DNA from: Methanopyrus kandleri AV19
GTDB lineage: Archaea > JAADCQ01 > Methanopyri > Methanopyrales > Methanopyraceae
Assembly: GCF_000007185.1 (NCBI RefSeq)
Contig: NC_003551.1
Location: forward strand, 360,001-392,000
Direction of reading: 5' to 3'
Length of the DNA stretch: 32,000 nucleotides
The translations under genes were made by a program, and so were the position numbers. Positions within the stretch are counted from its first letter, which is position 1, and the number at the start of each line of letters is the position of its first letter. The notes beneath the pieces were generated by a model, which was not told where the DNA came from, ran no database searches, and saw nothing but the letters and a program-made list of their open reading frames with translations. Shown here one piece after another: positions 19,182 through 26,403 of the stretch.

Positions 19182-19682
19182 CTAGAGAACTAGTTCTGAA
19201 AACACATAGTAATTCAAGTCATAGTCGTTATCTACTATAGCTACTACCAGTTCGAACTCCGTACCTTCAACTAGTTTTAACCATTCCAAAATATCCTGAG
19301 CCGTAAATTCATCCAATTCCTCCTGCAGTACTTTGACGGCTATCCTTTCGTCTTCACCGCGGAACGCCCGAAATTCAGTCCCGAATTTGCGGCCTGGTTT
19401 GGGCTTCCATCCACGTCGTCTGAGATCAGCGTATACTGCGTAGCGCACGGGGAATCTCGGATCCTCCTCCACGAACCTATCCATCAGCTCCTCCGGACTA
19501 ATCCGTACGTTTCCACTACGGACTTCAAGCCTACCGATCTCACATAAGAATAGCGCTTCTTCAGGCCACAATTGCAGACCGCGACGTGACGGTTTCCCGT
19601 ACATGGAGGAGTACAGTCTGTTCGCATCTCGGTCATTCCGAACGAGCACCTTCGATCCGACTAACTCGCCTTTCGCCGCCAT
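19182..19682 (-). CDS. tRNA-splicing endonuclease (EndA) homologue, probably a non-catalytic structural subunit
   Basis: YAVYADLRRRGWKPKPGRKFGTEFRAFRG...LVVAIVDNDYDLNYY matches the EndA C-terminal domain. ATG at 19682 (MAAKGELVGSKVLV) preferred over the 19712 start. Confidence 0.82.
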   Translation of the reverse strand: MAAKGELVGSKVLVRNDRDANRLYSSMYGKPSRRGLQLWPEEALFLCEIGRLEVRSGNVRISPEELMDRFVEEDPRFPVRYAVYADLRRRGWKPKPGRKFGTEFRAFRGEDERIAVKVLQEELDEFTAQDILEWLKLVEGTEFELVVAIVDNDYDLNYYVFSELVL

Positions 19683-19872
19683 TGTCTTCCACCCGCACGG
19701 TAACACCGTCAACTTCGATTTCGTCTCCAGGGGACACCAGCCACCAAGGCTTCCTGACGAGCTTACCGTTCACACGCACACGTCCCGACTCCACCAGCCG
19801 TTTGGCCTCACGCCGGCTTTCGGCGAGACCGACGTCCCTAAGGAACGCGTCCAACCTGCGTCCTACCGTCAC
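19633..19872 (-). CDS. Small S4-domain RNA-binding protein
   Basis: GRRLDAFLRDVGLAESRREAKRLVESGRVRVNGKLVRKPWWLVSPGDEIEV, canonical S4 domain. Confidence 0.8.
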   Translation of the reverse strand: MTVGRRLDAFLRDVGLAESRREAKRLVESGRVRVNGKLVRKPWWLVSPGDEIEVDGVTVRVEDNGGERRVSRIEGARSE

Positions 19873-20357
19873 TCGAGCTCTTCCTCCCGTAACCTCGGCT
19901 TCTTCACCTCGTAAATCGGCTTCCCGTCGATCGTCTCGGGTGCCAGCCAGTCGATCACCTTCTCGACGTCCTCGGGTCGCTCGGGGAAAACTTCCACCAC
20001 TATGGGGCCCAGCGGGGATTCTCCTCCTTCGGCGAAGCTCACGCTCCCAGCGAACGCCGCCTGCTTGTTCAGGTGGAACAGGATCGATCCTTCAGCGGTG
20101 ACTCCTTCCCGCAGTACCCTCCGGGCCGCGTCTAGAATCTCTTGCTCCCTGAGCAGCTCGTAGATGCGACCCAGACTCAGGCGTGCCTGCGGACCTTCAC
20201 ACACGAACTCCAGTCTCCTCAAGTCACCCATTTCCTCCTCGCGTTCCTCGAACATCTCCAGATCGAACAGATTCCCTACGGCTTTTCGGACTTTCTCCTC
20301 GTCTTCAGTCGGGTACACGTAGGTGGTCAAAACCACCCGGGAGATCATCCGGATCAC
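19869..20357 (-). CDS. Predicted RNA-binding/exosome-subunit-like protein (COG1931 / UPF0201 family)
   Basis: VVLTTYVYPTEDEEKVRKAVGNLFD...LRREQEILDAARRVL-like region...ILFHLNKQAAFAGSVSFAE...LGPIVVEVFPERPEDVEKVIDWLAP. True start is probably slightly downstream, because the first ~50 nt overlap the next gene. Confidence 0.8.
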   Translation of the reverse strand: MIRMISRVVLTTYVYPTEDEEKVRKAVGNLFDLEMFEEREEEMGDLRRLEFVCEGPQARLSLGRIYELLREQEILDAARRVLREGVTAEGSILFHLNKQAAFAGSVSFAEGGESPLGPIVVEVFPERPEDVEKVIDWLAPETIDGKPIYEVKKPRLREEELE

Positions 20358-20895
20358 CCCTCAGGATTGCCCTTATTACCATTCGGCACTTCTCCCGGAA
20401 CTCCGGCAGACTAACGCGCTCGTTCACGATCATCACGTCGGCTCGGGAAATCACATCACCGATCCCGAACCCCAACTCTCGTTCGTCCCGCTCTTCGAAC
20501 TCCCGCTTGGTGTCCGGATCGTCCTCACGACCCCTTATCCGTAGCCTCTCGAACCTAGTCTGAGGGGACGCATGGATAGCCACGACTATTACCGACCGCT
20601 CGCCGAACCTATCCCGGAAGTACTCGAGTTCCTCCGGGTTCCTGATCCCGTCGATTACCACCACTCCCGCCCGTCTCAGTTCGCGTTCGACGTCTTCCTC
20701 TACTAACCGAGCCACCGCGTCCATTCCTCGCTCCTCACGGAGTCGCTTCGCCATCTCTCCTACGTCCATCCCCCGACGCTCGGCTTCGCGACGGACCGCG
20801 TCACCCATCACCACGACGGGAATACCCTCCTCGCGGGCGACCTTGACGAACTCACCTTTACCAGCCCCCGGCATTCCGACCACGCAGATGAGCAT
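20305..20895 (-). CDS. P-loop nucleotide kinase-like protein (UPF0200 / dephospho-CoA kinase-like)
   Basis: MLICVVGMPGAGKGEFVKVAREEGIPVVVMGDAVRREAERRG...VVVIDGIRNPEELEYFR...RGREDDPDTKREFEERDERELGFGIGDVISRADVMIVN. Confidence 0.85.
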   Translation of the reverse strand: MLICVVGMPGAGKGEFVKVAREEGIPVVVMGDAVRREAERRGMDVGEMAKRLREERGMDAVARLVEEDVERELRRAGVVVIDGIRNPEELEYFRDRFGERSVIVVAIHASPQTRFERLRIRGREDDPDTKREFEERDERELGFGIGDVISRADVMIVNERVSLPEFREKCRMVIRAILRGDPDDLPGGFDHLRVPD

Positions 20896-20948
20896 CCGGT
20901 GCTCACCCCCTGAACGTTCTCCGAAACAGAACGATCCGTACAGATATT

Positions 20949-22022
20949 TTAAGACTCGGTCACACGGCCCAAGAAGCGGCGGAGCCGAGGAGACCTTATC
21001 CGCTCCAGCAGCTCGGCCGCGAGTCTCATGAGCTCTCGATGCACCGGGTAAGGATCCCCGGACTTGCAGCCGAAAGCCGCGGTGTACTCGGCGGGATCAC
21101 GACGGTCGGGCCCTTCTCCGTACACTACTTCGGCGATCAACGCCAGGGCACGGACTAGACTCGGTCCGACGCCGCGCACTGTCAGGAACTCCTTGAAATC
21201 TGTCGGATTAACCTCGTACAGGCGCCGCAGAGCGTCTCGATCGAGACGCCTTGGCACCCATCCGTCGGGTACTTCGACACCGCCCTCTCTGCCCAGGTAT
21301 TCGTCGAGCGGTCCTGAGATGCTGTTCCTGACCGCCCTCCACTCTCGCAACACGCGGTCCGGACCGTCCCCAACCAGATCGAGTACAGCCTCCCGACACT
21401 TATCGGCTCGATCCCCTTGAAGCGACAGGACTTTCCTCGTCTCATCCGCCACCACCGGATGTCCCTCCACGAACTCCGAGACTTCGCTGTCGAGCCAGTG
21501 GTAACGTCGCGCGGTCTTCCGATCGACGTCCATCCCCTGCTGGATCACCACCCACCGACCGTTTTCATCGAACACGATAACGTGGTGGTAGAGGTCGTGA
21601 CCATCTTGGAGGCATACGGAATCCGACCGTGCCGTTAGACGGCTGGCCGTCACCAACTGTCGGGGATCCAAATTCATCCGATCTGCGAGCTCCCGCACGC
21701 GCTTCGGGGTCTCAAGGGCCAGTCGTCCCTTCCCACCCGCGACGGCGATCCCGTGTTCTTCGGGATCCAACGCCTCACGGAGTGCCGCCGTGACGACTGT
21801 AGTACTACCGGATGTGTTCCGCTCGTACCCTAGCAGACACGCCAGGGATTGGAACCATCTCGGATCCGCGAGCTTCTCCAGAGCCCCGTCGGTACCGTGC
21901 TCCTCCACCAGAAGTCGAAATAACGCCCTGGATAGTTTCACCATCTCGGGAAAATGACGGGGTGGAGGACACTTCACAAGACGGAGCTCCGCCGCGCGGG
22001 GCACCGCCGCCGGTTCCCCCAA
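20949..22022 (-). CDS. DUF763-family protein
   Basis: PRWFQSLACLLGYERNTSGSTTVVTAALREAL...DLYHHVIVFDENGRWVVIQQGMDVDRKTARRYHWL, characteristic of DUF763; TTG start at 22022. Confidence 0.8.
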   Translation of the reverse strand: MGEPAAVPRAAELRLVKCPPPRHFPEMVKLSRALFRLLVEEHGTDGALEKLADPRWFQSLACLLGYERNTSGSTTVVTAALREALDPEEHGIAVAGGKGRLALETPKRVRELADRMNLDPRQLVTASRLTARSDSVCLQDGHDLYHHVIVFDENGRWVVIQQGMDVDRKTARRYHWLDSEVSEFVEGHPVVADETRKVLSLQGDRADKCREAVLDLVGDGPDRVLREWRAVRNSISGPLDEYLGREGGVEVPDGWVPRRLDRDALRRLYEVNPTDFKEFLTVRGVGPSLVRALALIAEVVYGEGPDRRDPAEYTAAFGCKSGDPYPVHRELMRLAAELLERIRSPRLRRFLGRVTES

Positions 22023-22052
22023 ACGTTATGAATTTCGTAACGGTTCCTGGCT

Positions 22053-22165
22053 TGGTGCCGGGGCCGGGATTTGAACCCGGGACCTCGGGGTATCCCAGGC
22101 CGGTCACCCCTCGGGGTCATCGGGCCCTATGAGCCCCGCGCTCTACCAGGCTAAGCTGCCCCGGC
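22053..22165 (-). tRNA. tRNA with CAU anticodon, probable elongator tRNA-Met, intron-containing, CCA encoded
   Basis: 5' GCCGGGG pairs with 3' CCCCGGC, then A-CCA; D arm GCTT-AGCCTGGTA-GAGC; anticodon stem CGGGG/CCCCG with loop CTCATAA after intron removal; T arm CCGGG-TTCAAAT-CCCGG. Mature length is 74 nt without CCA. Confidence 0.95.
22092..22127 (-). other. 36-nt archaeal tRNA intron at canonical position 37/38
   Basis: Intron GGGCCCGATGACCCCGAGGGGTGACCGGCCTGGGAT. It gives a textbook bulge-helix-bulge: 3-nt bulge UA|G, 4-bp helix CUCA/UGGG (includes one U-G wobble), 3-nt bulge AU|A, then the GGCC/GGCC inner helix. Confidence 0.92.
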
Positions 22166-22221
22166 TACGCCCGCGGGGAACTCCCCTCTCGAATTAAAAA
22201 AGTTACGTGGGGTAGCCCCCT

Positions 22222-23223
22222 ATGGAGCTGCTCCTAACGCTCGCCCCGGACGTTCGACCGGAGGAGACCGAGAGAATGGCGCGGAAGATACAGGACAAGC
22301 TCAAACTACCCGCGGAGCCCGATCCCCTGAAACCGGTTCGCAGGCTTAGGATCGAGGGTGTAGAAGACCCCGACGGAATCGTCAGTAAGCTGAGAGAAGA
22401 GTTCCCGGAGGTCTCTCGAGTCGTGATCGTGAAGCGCCGAGGTCGGTCTCACGATCTCGATAGGATCGCCGCGCAGGCTGCCAAGCTCGCGAGAGGTGAG
22501 ATACTGCCGCACCATACCTTCGCCGTCGACGCCCGGAGGCTCGACAAGGATCTTCCCTACACGTCCCGCGATCTGGCCATCAAGGTCGGCGAAGCGGTGC
22601 GACGGGTTACGGGTGCGTCCGTAGACCTCGACAGTCCGGACCGGTACGTGGACGTCCACGTGTCTCGACACGGGCACCTAATCGGGATCACCCCAGCAAC
22701 ACTGAGGGAGCCACACCGGAGTTGGCTTCCATCCGGCGCCTTTAAGCACGTTCACGTATGCTGTGAGCGACCGGAGACGGAGTACGAGATCGCCGACTTA
22801 ATCCGGATAACCGCGGCACTGGGACTGGGAAGCCTGATACTGGTAGAACCGAACCGGGACGCCGTTCGAGGGGCCGAGGAAAAGGTGGGGGCTTCTTCGC
22901 TTATCGACCTTCGAATCGAAGAGGATCTGAAAGAAGCCTTAGCAGAGTTCGACGTCGTAGTCGGCTTACATCCGACAGCGCCGAACGCTGAGAGTGAACT
23001 CCTACGAGCGGTGGAAGGAGCGAACCAGATCTGCCTCCTAACGGGATCGGAAACTAAGGGACTCAGTCGAGAGGCGAAGGAGCTCGCGGACGTGCTCGTA
23101 CACCTCGGACCGACGACGGCCGAGCCTATGCGGACCGCCAACGCGGTAGCGTACGCTGTAGGTGTGCTGGCCGCCAGGACGGTTAGCCTAGGGTCAGCCA
23201 CCGCTCCCACTCTTCATCGGTGA
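22222..23223 (+). CDS. Predicted RNA methyltransferase with THUMP domain fused to a SPOUT (TrmH-like) domain
   Basis: THUMP-like FAVDARRLDKDLPYTSRDLAIKVGEAVRRVTGASVDLDSPDRYVDVHVSRHGHLIG, then SPOUT-like LIRITAALGLGSLILVEP...QICLLTGSETKGLSREAKELADVLVHLG...MRTANAVAYAVGVLAA. Confidence 0.75.
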   Translation: MELLLTLAPDVRPEETERMARKIQDKLKLPAEPDPLKPVRRLRIEGVEDPDGIVSKLREEFPEVSRVVIVKRRGRSHDLDRIAAQAAKLARGEILPHHTFAVDARRLDKDLPYTSRDLAIKVGEAVRRVTGASVDLDSPDRYVDVHVSRHGHLIGITPATLREPHRSWLPSGAFKHVHVCCERPETEYEIADLIRITAALGLGSLILVEPNRDAVRGAEEKVGASSLIDLRIEEDLKEALAEFDVVVGLHPTAPNAESELLRAVEGANQICLLTGSETKGLSREAKELADVLVHLGPTTAEPMRTANAVAYAVGVLAARTVSLGSATAPTLHR

Positions 23224-23260
23224 CACCTCGTAGACCCGGTTGACACATCATCCCCGACCC

Positions 23261-24133
23261 ATGGGAAAAGTCGCTTTACGGACCACCGAGTCGCCAGTCC
23301 AGGGAGTGTCCGGTTTGGTCCTAGAAAGGATCTTCGAGGAAGCTGAAGGCGAAGGACGTGGTGCGTTGATCGGGTACTTGACCTGTGGACACCCAGGACT
23401 CGAAGAGACCGTCTCACTGGCTCGGGCGCTTCGTGATGGAGGTGTGGATATCCTGGAACTCGGGGTTCCGTTCTCCGAGCCCATCGCCGACGGTCCGACG
23501 ATACAGAAGGCGGTAGACGAGGCGTTACGAGCGGGCACTACACCGTGGGACTGCTTAGAGGTCGCAGAGGAGGTGTCCGAGTTCGTCCCCGTCGTGCTCC
23601 TATGTTACTACAATACGCTCCACGCCAACGGATTTGAGCGATATCTCTCGGCGGCGGCGGAGGCCGGTGTCTCCGGAATCATAGTGGCGGACATGCCGGT
23701 CGAGGAATCCGACGAGGTCCACTCCGTCGCTCGAGATCTCGAGATCGACGTGATCTACCTGGTAGCCCCTTCCACGACCGATGAGCGGCTGAAGAAGATA
23801 GGGGAAAGAGCCTCAGGGTTCGTGTACGTGATCTCCAGGTACGGCGTCACCGGAGCCCGACGGGATCTTTCCGAAGATACCCTGGAGCTCGTTCGTTGGG
23901 TGCGTGACCACGTCGACGTACCGGTAGCCGTGGGGTTCGGGATCTCGGAACGTTGGCACGTGGAGGAGGTAATAGCCGCGGGCGCTGACGGGGCGATCGT
24001 TGGATCGGCGTTCATCAAGGAGATACACCGGTCCGAGGACATAGCGGAAGCGGAAGAGCGGGTTAGAGAGCTCGCGAAGGAGTTGGTGGAGGGTGCCCGG
24101 GACGGGTACCGTCGAAGATCATCCTCTGAGTGA
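23261..24133 (+). CDS. trpA: Tryptophan synthase alpha chain
   Basis: ALIGYLTCGHPGLEETVSLARALRDGGVDILELGVPFSEPIADGPTIQKAVDEALRAG, AGVSGIIVADMPVEES, GFVYVISRYGVTGAR, VPVAVGFGISERWHVEEVIAAGADGAIVGSA. ATG 23261 preferred over TTG 23240. Confidence 0.96.
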   Translation: MGKVALRTTESPVQGVSGLVLERIFEEAEGEGRGALIGYLTCGHPGLEETVSLARALRDGGVDILELGVPFSEPIADGPTIQKAVDEALRAGTTPWDCLEVAEEVSEFVPVVLLCYYNTLHANGFERYLSAAAEAGVSGIIVADMPVEESDEVHSVARDLEIDVIYLVAPSTTDERLKKIGERASGFVYVISRYGVTGARRDLSEDTLELVRWVRDHVDVPVAVGFGISERWHVEEVIAAGADGAIVGSAFIKEIHRSEDIAEAEERVRELAKELVEGARDGYRRRSSSE

Positions 24134-24499
24134 CTTACCGGCGGCTTCTTTGAGCTTCGCAGCCAGCCGTTTAGCCGCCCGGCTCAGTGCTCTCTCTGCC
24201 TCCTCCTCGAGTACTTCATCCGCGATCTCCAAGGCTCGCTCGATAACCTTCTGTGCCTCCTCCGGATCCGACAATTCGGGCTTTCTGCGTCTCAGCTCGT
24301 CCTGCAACATCCGCTCTAGATGCACATAAGCGCGGTCGGATAGCGAAGGGACGAACCGTTCGTAGAACTCCGAACTTAGGGATTCTTTCACCGAGCTTCG
24401 ATCGACCTCGAGCCTCTCCGCGAGGTATACCTCCTGCCAGAGCCTGAGGATTCTCTCGCGCGCCTTCTCCGAGGCGATGACGCGACGGGTCACGCTCAC
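24119..24499 (-). CDS. Hypothetical helical charged protein
   Basis: 126 aa ORF, strongly helical/charged; 4-nt overlap with the upstream 24496-24816 ORF suggests co-translation. Confidence 0.6.
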   Translation of the reverse strand: MSVTRRVIASEKARERILRLWQEVYLAERLEVDRSSVKESLSSEFYERFVPSLSDRAYVHLERMLQDELRRRKPELSDPEEAQKVIERALEIADEVLEEEAERALSRAAKRLAAKLKEAAGKSLRG

Positions 24500-24816
24500 T
24501 CCTCCCCTAACTTGAGGTGCTTCTCGAGCTCCTCCAGAACTTTGCGAACGCCGCGTTCGGCTACGTACCCTAACCTCCAGTCGACGTCCTCTAGCGCCCG
24601 CTCCACAGTCTTACACACCGCCTCTACGACCCAGCGGTACTCGTCGACGTCGATCCCGGCGTCACGTAATCTCCTGTAGTACCGGCTGCGGAAGTTGACG
24701 GCGAAACGCTCCAGCTCCCTCTTCACCTCGTTGGAAAGTTCGACGGGGTCCAGTTCTTCCCTCACGCGATTCGAGAGGTCCGAAATTACCTCCTCAGTAG
24801 TGTGTTCAGCCGTCAA
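24496..24816 (-). CDS. Hypothetical helical protein
   Basis: 106 aa ORF in an overlapping pair with 24119-24499. Confidence 0.6.
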   Translation of the reverse strand: MTAEHTTEEVISDLSNRVREELDPVELSNEVKRELERFAVNFRSRYYRRLRDAGIDVDEYRWVVEAVCKTVERALEDVDWRLGYVAERGVRKVLEELEKHLKLGEE

Positions 24817-24998
24817 CTGTCAACCCCCGTGAGTCGAGGGATGAACGTGAAGATAATGGAAAACCTCCGACAATGGACGGGGGGTCGGGAAGTCCGCCTA
24901 CGGTCATCCCTTAGGGGTCCCACAAGGCTGAACTCATCATCCCTCCTTCCGCGCAAAGCTTTTACGACCTCGCATTTCCGTCACACGCATGGGTAGTC

Positions 24999-25073
24999 GG
25001 GCCCGCAGCTCAGTCCGGTTAGAGCGCGGGGCTCATAACCCCGTGGTCCCGGGTTCAAATCCCGGCGGGCCCA
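24999..25073 (+). tRNA. tRNA with CAU anticodon, candidate tRNA-Ile2 (agmatidine-type) or second tRNA-Met
   Basis: Acceptor GGGCCCG/CGGGCCC, D arm GCTC-AGTCCGGTTA-GAGC, anticodon arm CGGGG-CTCATAA-CCCCG, T arm CCGGG-TTCAAAT-CCCGG, discriminator A; 75 nt, no intron. It is followed by CCC, so CCA is not encoded. Confidence 0.95.
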
Positions 25074-25120
25074 CCCTGAAAACGTTATGTAATTTATAAC
25101 CTTTCCCTCGGGAAGATCCC

Positions 25121-26080
25121 TCATGTAAGAACGAACGGAACGGGGTACAGGACGGCGACCGCGGACATCACCTTCCAGTCCAGCCCGTTACGGCGGCTGT
25201 AAAGGTACAGCAGTACCATCGCCGCGAGTGGCACGGTAACGGTAGCCAGTTCCCTCGAACCGAGACGCCAGCTCGTGAACAGGAGTCCCACGGCGACTGG
25301 AAACGTCGCCTGGAATACCATTGCACCCGTCACATTACCCAGGGCTAGGTCGTCGCGGCCTTTCAGGTACCAGATCACGCTGTTCAGCTTCTCAGGGAGT
25401 TCCGTGGCGATCGGTGCGAGAAGACACGACACAGTGAACGGGTCGGCCCCGAGCCTCTCCGCCAGTCGTTCCACCGCATCCGCGAACCCGTGCGCCCCGG
25501 CCACCAACAGAGCGACCGAACCGACGAGGAACACGGCGGCCAACAGACCCGCCAGTACTGGGTGTGCCATTTCGAGCTCGATGGAAGGCTGCTCAACCAC
25601 GTCCCCGGTTCTCAGGAGCCGTCGCACGTAAACCAGATACAACAGGAACAGCACGGCTGCAACCGCGAAATGGGCGGGTTTGAAATCCGTGAGTGATACC
25701 GCAAGCACTAAGGAGTAAGCCACCAGAAAATGTCGAGCATCTAAGCTGAAGTGGGAGGTCTTTATCACGGGCCGCCGCCGACGGCCCATCAAGTACGCCG
25801 CGAGCACCGAAAGACCTCCTATCCCCATAGCGACCGTCGACAACATCAGGGGAGCGCCTAAAATGGCACCTACCGCCACTCCTTCTCGGTATCCCGCGAT
25901 GATCGCTACGATAGGTACTAAGGTTTCGGGTAGGGCTGTGGCCACGGCGGCTATGAAACTCCCGGTGAATCCCGACGGCAACTTGAACCGGTAACTGATC
26001 CACTCGACGGTGTTCGTGAACAGCCAGGCACCCAGGAGCAAGGCCCCGAAGCTGGCCGCTATCTGCGCTATCAGCGTCAA
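25121..26080 (-). CDS. Sodium/calcium exchanger-family (CaCA) membrane antiporter
   Basis: About 10 hydrophobic segments in two halves, each with the alpha-repeat signature: SGFTGSFIAAVATALPETLVPIVA and ADPFTVSCLLAPIATELPEKLNSVIW. Confidence 0.88.
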   Translation of the reverse strand: MTLIAQIAASFGALLLGAWLFTNTVEWISYRFKLPSGFTGSFIAAVATALPETLVPIVAIIAGYREGVAVGAILGAPLMLSTVAMGIGGLSVLAAYLMGRRRRPVIKTSHFSLDARHFLVAYSLVLAVSLTDFKPAHFAVAAVLFLLYLVYVRRLLRTGDVVEQPSIELEMAHPVLAGLLAAVFLVGSVALLVAGAHGFADAVERLAERLGADPFTVSCLLAPIATELPEKLNSVIWYLKGRDDLALGNVTGAMVFQATFPVAVGLLFTSWRLGSRELATVTVPLAAMVLLYLYSRRNGLDWKVMSAVAVLYPVPFVLT

Positions 26081-26094
26081 GGGGGCCAGTCCCC

Positions 26095-26403
26095 GTGTCC
26101 GGAACGATCAAACTGAGCCGGTGTGGTCTTCGGGCTCCCACGTGCGAGCCCGTCCGGAGATCCTACTTCGAACGACTTCGCAGATACCGCGATTATCAAG
26201 TGAGGGAGCTCTATGAGTCAGGTGTACGGATAAAGGTGTTGGCCCGAGTGTTCGACCTCTCCGAAGGGGAGATCAAAGAAATCCTCCTCTCGCCGCCGCG
26301 GTGCGCGCGCTGCGGCAAACCGCTCCGCACGAACGTGCCACTATGCTCCGAGTGCGAACGGGTGCTGGAGGGAGATGATAGGAGCCGTACTGATGGGAGG
26401 TAA
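26095..26403 (+). CDS. Small HTH plus zinc-ribbon protein
   Basis: HTH-like YQVRELYESGVRIKVLARVFDLSEGEIKEIL followed by CARCGKPLRTNVPLCSEC. The start may be downstream of 26095. Confidence 0.65.
   Translation: MSGTIKLSRCGLRAPTCEPVRRSYFERLRRYRDYQVRELYESGVRIKVLARVFDLSEGEIKEILLSPPRCARCGKPLRTNVPLCSECERVLEGDDRSRTDGR

Noticed and set aside
24830-24945. Possible C/D box sRNA or other ncRNA in the intergenic region before the tRNA (ATGATGA on the minus strand, CTGA on the plus)
   Set aside because: The C-like and D-like boxes are on different strands or too far apart, so I cannot support an RNA gene. Small-RNA sequencing would settle it.
25593-26141. 182-aa minus-strand ORF overlapping the CaCA antiporter
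   Set aside because: An alternate frame of the membrane protein gene; no motifs and no transmembrane pattern, whereas the 25121-26080 frame has clear antiporter repeats.
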